Positions 12,828 to 25,632 of a DNA stretch of 64,000 bases are shown here, in pieces. The translations under genes and the position numbers were made by a program. Under the pieces are notes generated by a model. That model was not told the origin of the DNA, ran no database searches, and saw nothing but the letters and a program-made list of their open reading frames with translations. This DNA comes from Carcharhinus amblyrhynchos. Its lineage: Eukaryota. How positions within the stretch are numbered: position 1 is the first letter of the stretch; every line of letters starts with the position of its first letter. The stretch spans positions 62,124,001-62,188,000 of the forward strand of contig OZ336879.1 of the NCBI GenBank assembly GCA_965287045.1. Direction: 5' to 3'.

Positions 12828-14595
12828 ATTGGCTGCTTCACGGGCTTTGTCTCAGTCTAGATCAAGCCTTTGTAGAGTTAACAGCTATTCAATAAACCTA
12901 TCTTGTTGTTTGCACCCAACCCCAGGTGCTATAACTTCACATTCTTTTGTCATAAGAGTGCAATATATAACAAGATAAAATGAATACTGGCAGTGAGGAG
13001 CTGATAAAATACCTTATGAGCAAAAAATAAAAAAGAAAATCAAAACTGCACTTACCAATTGAAAACTTTGATACTATGACATGAAACAGAATCAACAGTA
13101 GGTCAGTCAAATGTACCTAGCATCAGACTGGCACATGCCTACGAGATCAGGTACTTTCAGTCAGACAGCCATGCCAATGCTGATATATTGTTAAGATTGC
13201 CTTTACCTACTGCTCAAGAAGCATCCAGTAGTGTTCCCAATATCTTTAATTTTTCACAGATAGGACAGATCCCAGTGAGTGCAGTTCAAGTCCAACAATA
13301 CAGCAGAAGTAATCCCGTGATGGGGAAGGTACTGGAAATAAAAGGGAGAACAGTAGGAACACATCCTGAATTAAACCCATATATTTCCAGAAAAGTCGAA
13401 TATAGGGTGGATCTTGTTGTGGGGGATGAGGGTAATAATTCCTCCAAATTTGTGACACCCAGGTATAGTTCAAATGAAAGAACTTACAAGGAACTAATTC
13501 TGGTGCCTGGATTAGATGCCCAGACTCAGGAAAAAGCAGGACTGTGCCAGTCATTTACATGGGTAAGGAATGCATCCTTGGAATGGCCTAAAATGCTTAG
13601 TAATGTCTACACATTGACTTTTCAGGCACATATGACGGGCATATGTTCATGGTTGCACACTTTGTCTCCTAATGAAGTCAACAACTACTGCATAAACCAT
13701 CAAAAAAGTCAATGAGATTTTTGCTAGATTTGGGAAACCAGACCAAACTGTGAGTGATAATGGGCCACAATGGGCTACAATTCGCGCCTCAAGAGTTCAG
13801 AGACTATCTAAAGATGAGTGGTATCCAATACCTAAAATCAGCATCATCCTACCCATCAATGAATAGATCAGCCGAAAGGTTTGTTAAGTCCTTGAAGCAT
13901 TCACTGAAAGCCTCCAAGGACCAAGGTTCATTTAGTCACTGTCTAACAGTTTCTTGGTGATGCATCAGAACACTACACATGCACTCAGAGTTCCCAGCTT
14001 TACTATTACTGAAGAGAAAGCTCAGGACTAAATTTAATCTATTTTTATCACAGGAAATGTCCGAGGTAGATCCTTTTTTCAACAAGGTGAGCATGTTTTG
14101 GCACACAGCTATACCACTAGTGAAAAGTGAGTTCCTGCATCTGTATTGGCTCAATCTGGCCCTAACTCCTATACAGTACAGTACCGATGAGTTAGTGTGG
14201 ATCAGTCGTTAGCTACACACATCAACATGCCAGTACCATATATGTCAGAACTACCAAGGATGAACCACCATCTATGTCACCAGAAACTGTGACTACACCT
14301 TCTGGTCAATCAGCAGAAACTGAGATGGTTGGAAAATCCCTTGCTGCCAGTAATCTTGCTTCTGTAAAAGAGACACCTTCCAGGATTGAAACATCCTCTG
14401 AAGATCCGGAGAACAACCAAATTCCTGAAGTGCACGGGCAACCAGTATGGAATAGACACCTACCCAATAGTCTTTCCTACAGTCTGTATTACCCTGTAAT
14501 GATTTATTGCCCGCCCTTATATTATGTTTCATTGATAATGTAGAAGTATTATGGTTATTTGTTGCTATGAACTCTTAGCAGTAAAGGGGAAAGGA

Positions 14596-14816
14596 TGTTA
14601 TGTCTTTGGGGTTGTTGCCATGTGTTGCGCTGTCACTTTAAGAATCTAACCACATGTATAGTTTGTGACATCACCGGCTGCTTCATGGGCTTTGCCTTAG
14701 CCTAGATCAAACCTCTGTAGAGTTAACAGATATTCAATAAACCTGTTTTGTTGTTTGTACCCAATCCCAATGCTATCACTTCATGTTCTTTTACCCAAGG
14801 GCTGCAGTACATAACA
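14596..14816 (+). repeat. Intact 3' LTR (221 bp) of the Gypsy element
   Basis: TG...CA ends, 7-bp terminal inverted repeat, internal AATAAA, direct-repeat similarity to 12827-12972 and 10348-10416. Confidence 0.85.
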
Positions 14817-17800
14817 CACAGAATAATGACACTTTCAGTTTTTCTAAACTTCAGCTTTTAGACATTCCTTTAGAAGAAAAACTCTGGGTTCAAATGGCCC
14901 CTATTTCTTCCACAGAGCTCTGCCTGATGGTGGTTAGATTTTACTGCTGTCCAGCTCACTTTCAGCCAACTCTTGGGTGGGCAGTTTTAAATCAACATGA
15001 GACTTTGCCCACACCCTGAAATCTGTCCAAGTGCCAAGATTCAGATTTACAAATGTGCAATTCACCTCACACATGCTCTTCTGTAAATTGGCTCTGGGCC
15101 AGCATATTCTACGAAAATGTTTGCTTCAAATCAGAATCCAAAACTTTTAAATGTCTTGTTAGTTATGTTTAGGTATTGACATTGATTTACTATTTTTCAT
15201 TTATGATTAGCAGACGGCAAGAGTTTAATATATATAATTGAAGTTTTCATTTTTTGTATTTCCTGTTTGCTTTGTGTTCTAAACAATGAAAGAATGGCAC
15301 AATTCTTTCAATTGACAAAAATAAATTAATTTTAAGTTACTTAGGAGGTGTGTCTGTTTAATGTGTATTTCTATCAACAGCTTGCTTACTGTGTATTTCT
15401 TATACTGTCTATGGATGTACTCTACTACTAATTATTTCCCTATCTGAGGATTAGCAATGAGTAATAATTACATAGCTAACTACAGAAATTGGAAGGGTAC
15501 TGAAGCCCCGTGTGCTACAAACATGAAGCTAATTATCTGCGTCAATATCTCTGTTGCGCTGGCTGCTTTGCCCTGAGTGTTTGAGGTAGTACCTATCAGT
15601 TTCTGTGTAAGATTATATGATCGCATAAAAACATTGCCAACTGAAATCTCAATCAGTTACTTCAACACATGTCACTGTCGTGACTAATCCTTCATGATCC
15701 TTATCATCAATTGGGTTGGGCATTTTACTGGTAAGTACACTTCAAAATCTCGTTAACATAGATGCCTCTATCCATGCTGCAAGAAAGTTGAAGGTGTCTC
15801 TATTTCTAGGTCTTCATGGTGAAAGTGGGAATATTCATGAAAAATGGCCCATGTAAGGTTTCCAATGAGATTGTCACAAAATTTCCCATTGATGTTCCCC
15901 ATGTGTTCAATGCAAGATTACCATGAAGCAAGCAACATCTATCATGTCATTCATGGAAGATGACAACACATATCCAAGTGCCAGACTCACCTAACCACTC
16001 AACTCATGTTTCAATGTTGTGCGCAAGGAGATAAACAAGTATTCAATATTATGCTGTTGATGTACCATCCGCTGTTTAAAAACAGGCCTCTAAAGTTATC
16101 CTCTGAGAACTCAGAAAACAATGACAAATTGTAATTATGTAGCACCTTTAATGGAGAAAATTGTTCCAAGGTGCTTCATAGAAGTGTAATCAGACAAAAG
16201 GGGCACTCAGCCTCTTGGGATTGGTTCTTCATCAAGAAAAACACTGATAACTTTTCATCACCAATACTTGGTGCTTCATCCTGTGTAGTACATCACTATC
16301 TGTTTCTCAATTAGGATGTGCATCTGGACTGCTGCCTGCTTCAAGTGTGCACCTGGTGGTACATTGTGTTCCCCTTGTCCTCTAACAAGAGCAGATGGTA
16401 CATTACAGGGTTGAATTTCTGCTGAGCAATACTTTTAGCACAAAATTAACCCACAAAATTCCAATTTGCACTTTCAAACTAAACCCTTTGCCCATTTCTT
16501 TTAAAAAGGTGAATAATTTTGGTAACATAACTCACATAGGAATTTTAAACAAGCATGATAAGCACTCTGCTAAAAAGAAATCAGCTCCGCAAAATTACAA
16601 TCCCATGTTGAGTAACATATCTACCTTTGAATTTTGTACTGTCATATTATACTATAAAGCCACTACATGTGGACATTTTGATTGAATGTATCATAGTGTT
16701 TAAGATTATCTGAATCAAGCACTAATTCCCTGGGTGAGTCAGCCAGTAACAATATAATTTGTGGAAAGGAGTGATGAGCACTTTTAGAAATGTCTGAAAC
16801 TCTAACTATTCCATGCAATGCTATGCACTGAACAAGATGAGGAACAGAGCAAAGTTTCCTCATTCCTCTTCTCAGACAGGGGAGGTATTTTCAACCTTGG
16901 CTCAAAATGGAGGCTAAATCAATGGACAACCATGGGTCTTTCTCAAGATTAGAGTCAGAGTGCACTTACTTCTGCAATTTCAGAAAACGGGAGAGTTGAC
17001 CAGCTTCTGCATTGAGATTGCGAGCAGGTAGGACCTATCAGTATCAAATAGAGCCCAGAGGAGTACAAGAACAAACTAGAAGCAGGCTAGGAGGATTTTA
17101 CATGTGTACCAAAACGAAAGCTTCCCTCTTGTAGAGTAACCTCCATTGGTTCTTTTAATAACCAATGCGTCGGTCACCTAACCTTTGATCTAACAGGGAC
17201 TCGATGACATCACACATATTCCATGCATTTGTACATTAAAATTGCAATCAGAATCCGGCAAGAGGTCTAAGACATGATTCCCATATTTAATAAGTAACCC
17301 AGCTGCTTTGAAAATGATGCTGGCCCTCCATTTAAAGGCCTGCTTGCAATATGAATCAATTGGTTGTCCAATGTGTCCATCAAACTTTCCTCTGCCAGTC
17401 ACCCATTTTCCAGTGAGAAATGGGCAGTTAAGATTTGAAAATCTCTGTGCAACAGTAACAATCATCCTTATATGACTCTTGCGACTGGAGTGCATATCCT
17501 AGGTAAAATGGTCCTATGCTCCTATTACTTGCAATTTCTTCAAATAAGTTGCACATTGAAACCCTTACAGAATCCTTCCTGAGCTTTGAGGCGTCTTTGA
17601 TCTTTCATAAAGCCACAGTATGTTCGACACATTTCTGATCAGATTAAAATCTTTCTTCCTTTCCAGTTCTTCTACTGACCTCCAGAGTTTCAGGTATTGT
17701 GACAATGCAAAGACTTAACTCAAGGCAGAAAGATTTCCTATATTTTAGGATTTTTTAGGATTCCATACTCTGATGATGACGTAATAGCCTTGCTGTTAGC

Positions 17801-18274
17801 CTTGCTATTAACTCCTCTCCGCAATGAATGAAGGAGGGTTGGGGTAGGGTAAAAATTTTTAAATGAGGAGCTTAACTCCAAAATGCTGCACTCATGTCCA
17901 TTTTTGGTTTTTGCAACAGTAAGTGGGGTGCCATGTCAGTGCTTCACACCTGAAAGGAAGGATGCATTGACATACTTAAACTATATTCTAGTATTGCCAC
18001 TGAGAGCCCAATTTAAATTTAACTGTTGTCAAGCATCTTTTCCAGCTCAGAAATGATGGTTGCTGGGTCTTTTATAGCACTTCTTGTTCCAGGAAGAACA
18101 GGAGTGCTTTCCCTGCAGTCTTTCAAGGAAACCTTCGCTTACCCTCGACCATCCCCTTATTGGGAAATAAGGCTTAATTGCCCATTGCGAAGATGACATC
18201 AATAAAATCACAAGGAAACTCCTAACAGTGCAACAGGAGGATGGAGGATAAGAGCAACACAAATTGGGGGTACG

Positions 18275-18840
18275 GAGAGAGAGAAAGAGAAGCAACACAA
18301 ACAGAAAGAGGGAGAGTGAGAGAGCAAGCAACACAAACTGAGAGGAATGGGGAGACAATGACATAAGCAGAGAGAGAGCGACACAAACTGCTGGGAAAAG
18401 CAAGACCAACACAAACTGAGAAGGGGAGAGTTCGAGAGCAAGCAACACAAACTGAGATAAGAGGGAGAAGGAGAAAATGACACAAACATAAAGAGAGAAA
18501 GCGACACAAACTGCAGGAGAAAGAGAAGAAGAGCGACACAAACTGAGAAAAGGAGAATAAGAGAACAAAACTGAAAAGAGACAGAATGACATAAGCTGGG
18601 GAGAGAAACAGATAGATGACAAACTGGGGAATGGAGAGAGAGACACACACACACAAACTCAAGAAGGGAGACNNNNNNNNNNNNNNNNNNNNNNNNNNNN
18701 NNNNNNNNNNNNNNNNNNNNNNNNNNNNNNNNNNNNNNNNNNNNNNNNNNNNNNNNNNNNNNNNNNNNNNNNNNNNNNNNNNNNNNNNNNNNNNNNNNNN
18801 NNCTGGGGAGAGGGAGAAAGAGAGAGCAATACAAACTGAT
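18275..18840. repeat. Degenerate ~30-bp purine-rich minisatellite (core ACACAAACTG) spanning an assembly gap
   Basis: More than 10 recurrences of ACACAAACTG or variants separated by GA-rich linkers, continuing after the N run. Confidence 0.85.
18673..18802. other. Assembly gap (130 N)
   Basis: Run of n characters. Confidence 1.
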
Positions 18841-19898
18841 GAAGCGATTTTTGAACTTTTATGACCAGTTCAAGGGTGCTTGAGAAGTGTTAAAATTTTT
18901 CATACATTAATTATGAACATTTCAATAAATCCCTATTCTCATAAATTACATGTTCTCAGGTTTTGGGGAAAGAAAAAAGTTGAACTCCTTAAAATATGCC
19001 TAGTCTGTCTTAAAGTATAAAGTGCAGTATTGAAAAAGAACAAAGGACTTTGAGTAAAAGTGGAAATGTCAATTTTAGCAAAACATTCTTCAGTAATTGA
19101 TACAAAATTTCCTTACGTAAGGTGAACATTTCTTTACTATTTCATGTACAAGTTTCTGAATTTGTTGGAAGGATTCTGTTTTCATAACAAGTCATTTTGC
19201 AAGTGATTTTTATCATTTGTAGTAAGATTGCAAAAGAAACAAATGTGGCATTATAATGACACAGGTGACAAAAGGTTCTTCAGTCTCAAGCAACACAAGG
19301 TGAGCCAAATTTCTTTTTCATGATGGCCCTACTTTTTGATATGCTTTGTTATTTATCTCTCCCTTCAATGGACACAAACTTACCGGTCCTGTTTCGGTGG
19401 AGTCTGGCTTTCAAAGCATTGTTCTTAGTGACTATTAAGTAGATTATGTGAGTGGTATGGACTTCTTACTTGTCATTCTGATCTTCATACTTGATGCCCC
19501 TAACTCCCAGCATCAATGATTACACTGATGTGGGAAACTCCCTTTGGTACTTCCAATTAGTTTTAGGAAATTGGAAGTGGTAGTGTAGAACTTTTTTGCT
19601 TGGGACTGAGCATTCACTCCTTATAAGTGTTTGATCATCTGGTTTCAGGTGATTCAGGTGTCCTTCCATTGCCAGAGTTAAACTGTTTTTTTTGTTTTGA
19701 CAAGACTTATAATGATAGTGTTTAGGCCTTTTATTATTTAGGTGTGTTATTTTGTTATTGGTATCAATATATATATTTGTATACTTCCCATTTGTGCAAC
19801 TGCTCTTCTCACTCTGATAGCACTTCCACTCCACTCCTTGAATAACCTAAAGGAAAGTCAAGGTTTTCTACTCTGGAGAGAGACATTTCATGATTAAT

Positions 19899-20802
19899 GA
19901 ACATAAGAACATAAGAAGTAGGAGCAGGAGTAGGCCATCTAGCCCTTCGAGCCTACCCCGCCATTCAATAAGATCATGGCTGATCTGTCGTGGCTCAGTT
20001 CCACATTCCCGCCCTCTCCCCATAACCCTTAATCCCCTCTCTTATCAAAAACCCATCAACCCGCGTCTTAAAAGTATTTAGCGAGGTAGCCTCCACCACT
20101 TCAACGGGCAGAGAATTCCAGAGATTCACCACCCTTTGAGTGAAGAAGTTCCTCCTCAACTCCGTTCTAAACCACCCCCCCTTTATCTTGAGGCTGTGCC
20201 CCCTAGTCCTACTATCCTTTCTGAGCGGGAAGAGTCTCTCCACCTCTATCCTATCCATCCCATTCATCATCTTATACGTCTCAATGAGATCTCCCCTCAT
20301 TCTTCTAAACTCTAACGAGTACAAGCCTAATTTATTCAGCCTCTCCTCGTAGCTCAGCCCCCTCAACTCTGGCATCAGCCTAGTAAACCTCCTCTGCACT
20401 CCCTCCAAGGCCAAAATATCCTTGCGTAAGTACGGCGCCCAAAACTACACACAGTACTCCAGCTGCGGCCTCACCAATGCCCTATACAGCCGCAGCAAGA
20501 CCTCCCTACTTTTATATTCAATCCCCCTCGCTATGAAGACTAGCATCCCATTAGCCTTCCTGACCACCTGCTGCACCTGCAGGCTGGGTTTTTGCGACTC
20601 ATGCACAAGGACTCCGAGGTCCCTCTGCACCGTCGCCTGCTGCAGTTTTTCACCACGTAAGTAATAATCCTTCCTACCATTATTCCTACCAAAGTGGACC
20701 ACCTTGCACTTGCCAACATTAAATTCCATTTGCCAGTTCCTGGCCCATTCGCCCAGCCTATCTAGATCCTTCTGCAGACTCTCCACACCCTCTGCACAAT
20801 TT
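19899..20802 (-). mobile_element. Young 5'-truncated CR1 LINE, copy B
   Basis: Near-identical to 8556-9489 (4 mismatches in a 120-bp sample). Same ORF2 C-terminus with one premature stop, and a (TTCTTATG)n tail. Confidence 0.95.
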
Positions 20803-21112
20803 AACCTTTTTCTCACTTTGATATCTGTTATTTTCTTACATCTCATTCCTGGGTACTTCCTCATTATGTTTTTTGTAATTTCATACAATTCTCCTTTGCT
20901 TACTTTATATGGAATGTATACTTTATTTGAATGAATACTATTTTTATTCAGCTTTTCAGAATCCTATGAGAATTGGGCTGAAGTTCCTGCATGGTTCTGA
21001 ATACATATGTCTTGGCCCAACTTCTGATTCCTGAACACAGGATTTACACTGCCTGGCTACTTGTCACTGCTTATCACTTTTACCTCTTCTATACCAGTAT
21101 CCTTATCATGAC

Positions 21113-21757
21113 TGTTATCGGACAACAAATTTTATGAAATTGGGCACACAATATGCAAACAGACTAAAGTTACACTCAGAGCCTCTCCACTAAAAATCGC
21201 AAAGTAACAGACACCGATCAGCAGACAAGAGCGTGCTTTTAAAATGCAAATGAGGGCTAGCACATAAGGGAAGCCGGACAAGATGGCACCTACAGGAACT
21301 AAATCTCCACCCCATCAAAATCAGCACTTCTAAAACAGTCAAACAACCCATGGAGACACCTAAATTAGCATAGTCAAGGAAACATTCCTGGCCCCTCAAA
21401 CCTCTCTTGAGATCAATGACACACCTATGGTTCAAACCCCAGAGATTCTAGACCATTAATAACCAATCAGACAAAAACGATTAACACACACTTAAAACAA
21501 TTGCTCCAACACTCAAACATTGAGACAGGATGGCTGAAGTCAAATACTATAAATAAAGGATTAGCATTTGAAACATGTACTACACCGAAGTTCAGGTATA
21601 ACTGTAGCCCATTGCGGGGGAGTCTTTAGTGTGCTTTTGGGACAGTCCAATTATATGTCCTGACTGCACCTCTGTCGATGTAAAAGAAAATAAAGCTGTG
21701 CCATTATTGAACTTCACCCTGAGTCCGTAGTGGTCGTTTCGCCCACTCGCACTAACA
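21113..21757 (+). mobile_element. Solo LTR (645 bp) with 4-bp TSD
   Basis: Begins TGTTA and ends TAACA. Flanked by TGAC at 21109-21112 and 21758-21761. TATAAA at 21548 and AATAAA at 21689 are in U3-R-U5 order. Confidence 0.8.
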
Positions 21758-21998
21758 TGACCATTGTTTAGAAGTTCAGTTGGCTCAATACCATTTTATT
21801 AAGATCATTCAATGATTTAATCATAGTTCTGTTAAAATTGGACAGTATAAGTTCACTGCGTTTTCCGCTGTATGCCAATTGCAAATTCATATCAGATAGT
21901 CTTGTAATAAAACATGTCCTCAATGCCCGACAGTACTTTTAAACCAGTGCGGTATGTGGTACTTTTTTACCAAAAATGCTAAGTTTTGCAAAGAAAAT

Positions 21999-22133
21999 GG
22001 GGCAGATTCACTTACTGTTCACAGCCCACCACTGTTGCCAGCAAGAACAGAAAATTTAGCATTCAGCAAGCCTCCATTCATTACAGCGGGACTGGAGAAT
22101 CCCAGCTGCGGGCAAGGTCAAAGAATTCAACCC
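21999..22133. mobile_element. MITE with 3-bp TSD (AAT)
   Basis: Imperfect TIR GGGGCAGATTC...GAATTCAACCC with AAT on both flanks. Confidence 0.55.
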
Positions 22134-22689
22134 AATGTTACAACTCAATTCATACAATGAAATGTTATAGGGACATAGGGGAGATTTTAACCCTCCTCCT
22201 GCTGACACAAACAATGGGGTTCTCTTCCCCCGCCCCCCCACCAACACCAACAACGGGGGTCTCCCCCACCTATGTCAACATCAGGGCACTCCCCGGGCAA
22301 AGGTTAGCACTTCTAAAGTGAAAGTGCCAACCTGTGCCAACCCAGCAGTGTCAACCTGTTTCAGGGAGCAGTGCCAGGGCACTGCTCAGACATGTCCCTC
22401 TCCCACCAGGCCTCTACTTAGCTTGGTGTCTCTGGCAGGATTCCCTCAACTGTTTCCTGTGTTCACAAGCCTATTGTGAACCTTGCCAACAAAGTTTCAA
22501 TATTTTGTGAGGGGGAGATCCTTTAAACATATGTTAATACATTAAAATGTATTTAAATTAAAAAACCTTGTTACATCACTAGCCAGGGGATGGAGAAAAT
22601 CAACAAACATGATTTGTCCTCATCATCTGTTCCCCGCCAGCTTCTGTTCACTCTGACCTTTGAACTGATCTGTGGCCTTTTCCATCTCT

Positions 22690-23220
22690 GCGGCAGCACT
22701 TGGAGTATTGCGTACAGTTCTGGTTGCCGCATTATAAGAAAGATGTGGAAGCATTGGAAAGGGTGCAGAGGAGGTTTACCGGATGATGCCTGGTATGGTG
22801 GGAAGGTCTTATGAGGAAAGGCTGAGGGGCTTGAGGTTATTTTCGTTAGAGAGAAGGTTAAGAGGTGACCTAATTGAGGCATACAAGATGATCAGAGGGT
22901 TAGATAGGGTGGACAGTGAGAGCCTTTTTCCTCGGATAGTGATGGCTAACACGAGGGGACACAGCTTTAAATTGAGGGGTGGTAATAATAGGACGGATGT
23001 CAGAGGTAGGTTCTTTACTTTAGTAAGGGCATGGAACGCCCTGCCTGCAGCAGTTGTGGACTCGCCAACTTTAAGGGCATTCAAATGGTCAGTGGATAGG
23101 CATATGGATAGCATTGGAATAGTTTAGGTTAGAGGGTCATTAGATTCGTTCCACTGGTCGGTGCAACATCGAGGGCTGAAGGGCCTGTACTGCGCTGTAA
23201 TGTTCTATGCTCTATGTTCT
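22690..23220 (+). mobile_element. CR1 3' fragment (different subfamily)
   Basis: [56 protein letters not shown], with a (TTCTATG)n tail. Confidence 0.92.
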
Positions 23221-23865
23221 TTCTGTGGGTTCCATCTCTGCCCGAAACAAGATTGAACATATCAGCCATTGGTACATTCTGTACAATAAATGTCACACTC
23301 GCCATATTCTGCATCTCCCCCCAACCCGCGCCCCCCCCCGCCGCCATCCCCCAGCACTCCTACCCCACCAGAGGTACTAATTTACAAAAACAAATGGACA
23401 ACGAAATCCAAAAATATTGACTCCCTCACAATATTCCTTGCCTAATCAAAATCAGGAGTTAAATCTGATGCATTGTCAAGCCTGCCTGCTGCTACTCCCT
23501 CTTGATGTCATCATGTTTCCCTTTCCTGTTCAAATTTCCTGGCTTCCTTCTTTCTTTGCAATTTCTCTTTCCATTTCTCTGACAAATGAAAAATCATACA
23601 CCACAAGTATATTTTCACTGCCTCTTAAATAGACATTCAATTCTCCCAAAATCAGTAAAAAATTATTTTTAGCTCTGAAGTGTTTACTTCTGTTGTTTTC
23701 CTTTCTTGATCTGGTAATTTCTAACCACATAACTGTCATTCATGGTGACAGGATTACTGGAGATCCTCTCTCTAGCACAAGCTAGGTGAATCTTCCAGTT
23801 TAGTTTTAAATCCCAACAAATTTGGTCTTTTCAGTCCGAATTGAATAGAGATTGAGTCCGAATTG

Positions 23866-24320
23866 AAAAGAGATTGAATAGACTGGGTCTGTACTCGTTG
23901 GAGTTTAGAAGGCTGAGGGGGGATCTTATGGAGACGTGTAAGATAATGAAGGGGATGTATAGGGTAGAGGTAAAGAGATTCTTCCCACTTAGAAAAGATA
24001 GCAGAATTAGAGGGCACAGCCTCAAAATAAGGGTGGGGGGGAAGCAGTTTAGAACGGAGTTGAGGAGGAACTTCTTCACTCAAAGGGTGGTGAACCTCTG
24101 GAATTCTCTGCCCATTGAAGTGGTGGAGGCTACCTCGTTGAATATATTTAAGTCATGGGTAGATAGATTTCTGATATGGGAATTAAGGGTTATGGGGAGA
24201 AAGCAGCAAAGTGGAACTGATCCACTTCAGATCAGCCATGATCTTATTGAATGGTGGGGCAAGCTCGAAGGGCTAGATGGCCTACTCCTGTTCCTATCTC
24301 TTAAGTTCTATGTTCTTATG
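23866..24320 (+). mobile_element. CR1 3' fragment related to copies A and B
   Basis: RLGLYSLEFRRLRGDLMETCKIMKG..FRTELRRNFFTQRVVNLWNSLP, with a TTCTATGTTCTTATG tail. Confidence 0.92.
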
Positions 24321-25480
24321 AGTGTGACTCTCTACCCATATGCCAGTGCAGGGAATCATAGAGACTTTTAGCTTCTAGTTGTTCTCTCTTTCTCTCCTTG
24401 ACCTTGGTGGACTAACCTGTCCGTGATAACCAGTGATATTTTAGGAAAGGTTATAACCCAATATCACAATGTTTCCTCTGTACCCTTCCCATCTCAATGT
24501 CCATCATCACGGTAATATGAATCACATGGGCCTTGTATTCAGATAGGGATGCTAATTAGCTATCCTTGAGATCCAATTCTCTTTCACCTCAAAGTAAATG
24601 GATATTTTGAAGCACAACTGTTTACTACTCAACATTCTTAACACTTTTCTGGGACTTTGGAAACTCACAGTCTATCCATTGTTCATACAGAGGCCACTGC
24701 CGTTGTCTCCAGGTGTACATTTTACTCTATTTAAAGACACCACAACAAAACATAATAATCTTATAAACTATTTAATTGTAACAGAGAAGGAGTTCTATCG
24801 TAAAATGACAAGGTCGGCAGCAGAAAGAAATTAGGAAGGAAAATCAGAGAGTTAAGGCTGAAGCAGCTCAACATTATACCAGCAATAATGAGGCAAAGGG
24901 AGAGGGAATGCTAAATGGCCAGATTCAGAGAGAATATTAAGTTATAGGAAGTATAGAGATTCATCGAAGCAAGAACTTGGAAGCATTTGATTGACAATAA
25001 TGACAATTGCAAAATAACTGCATTGGAAAATAGTGATCCAACGTAGCTGTTAAAATAGAAATTAAATTCACAGTGCATGCCCACCTTCTCCATAGGTATG
25101 GGAATCTTGTTCAAGGAGACTGCAAATATCAGCAGTGAGCTGCTGTGAGACCCTGAGCTTCCTAAAGCACTAGAGCTCACACGTGTCAGGAGAACTGATT
25201 CTCCAGCTACAAATCGTGTGTTGGATGTTTTGCCTCCTTCCAGGTGGATTTCTGTGGTCCATTCTCTCTATCCCGTGGAGGAGAATGCAGCTAAGGAGAA
25301 TGCTGCTGGTGTTCCTTCTGCTGCTCCTAGGACAGCGAGTAGTGATCTTGCTTCTCCCCTTGTCCCTCGTTAGAAGTGCAAGGCAGAGCTGCAAAAGCTG
25401 ATCCCACTGCCATGATGAAGTCTGTAAGAAGTCTCACAACATCAGGCTAAAGTCTAACAGGTTTATTTGGTAGCACAAGC

Positions 25481-25515
25481 CACTAGCTTTTGGAGCGCTG
25501 CTCCTTCATCAGGTG
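25481..25515 (-). ncRNA. Minimal type I hammerhead ribozyme motif, opposite-strand copy
   Basis: Exact reverse complement of 25598-25632. Confidence 0.65.
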
Positions 25516-25597
25516 AATGAGATTTCAGTTCACAAACAGGGCATATAAACTTGAGTTTGTGTCTTTACATGCCCTGTTTGTGAACTGAAATCCCACT

Positions 25598-25632
25598 CAC
25601 CTGATGAAGGAGCAGCGCTCCAAAAGCTAGTG
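25598..25632 (+). ncRNA. Minimal type I hammerhead ribozyme motif (G12-to-A variant, probably inactive)
   Basis: CAC-CTGATGA-A-GGAGC-AGC-GCTCC-AAAA-GC-TA-GTG: stem I CAC/GTG, CUGAUGA box, stem II, GAAA box changed to AAAA at a CpG, palindromic AGCT stem III. Confidence 0.65.

Larger units (their letters stand above)
10348..14816 (+). mobile_element. Internally deleted Ty3/Gypsy LTR retrotransposon with 5' LTR interrupted by a LINE
   Basis: 3' LTR 14596-14816 (TGTTATG...CATAACA) follows a polypurine tract AAAGGGGAAAGGA. The 5' LTR is in two pieces, 10348-~10416 and ~12827-12972. Internal remnants: RNase H end (HANADILLRLPLP) and integrase core (QF.PQEFRDYLKMSGIQYLKSASSYPSMNRSAERFVKSLK). No clear TSD. 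Confidence 0.85.

Noticed and set aside
18047-18864. Long Leu/Ser/Phe-rich ORFs
   Set aside because: Translations of the minisatellite and the N gap.
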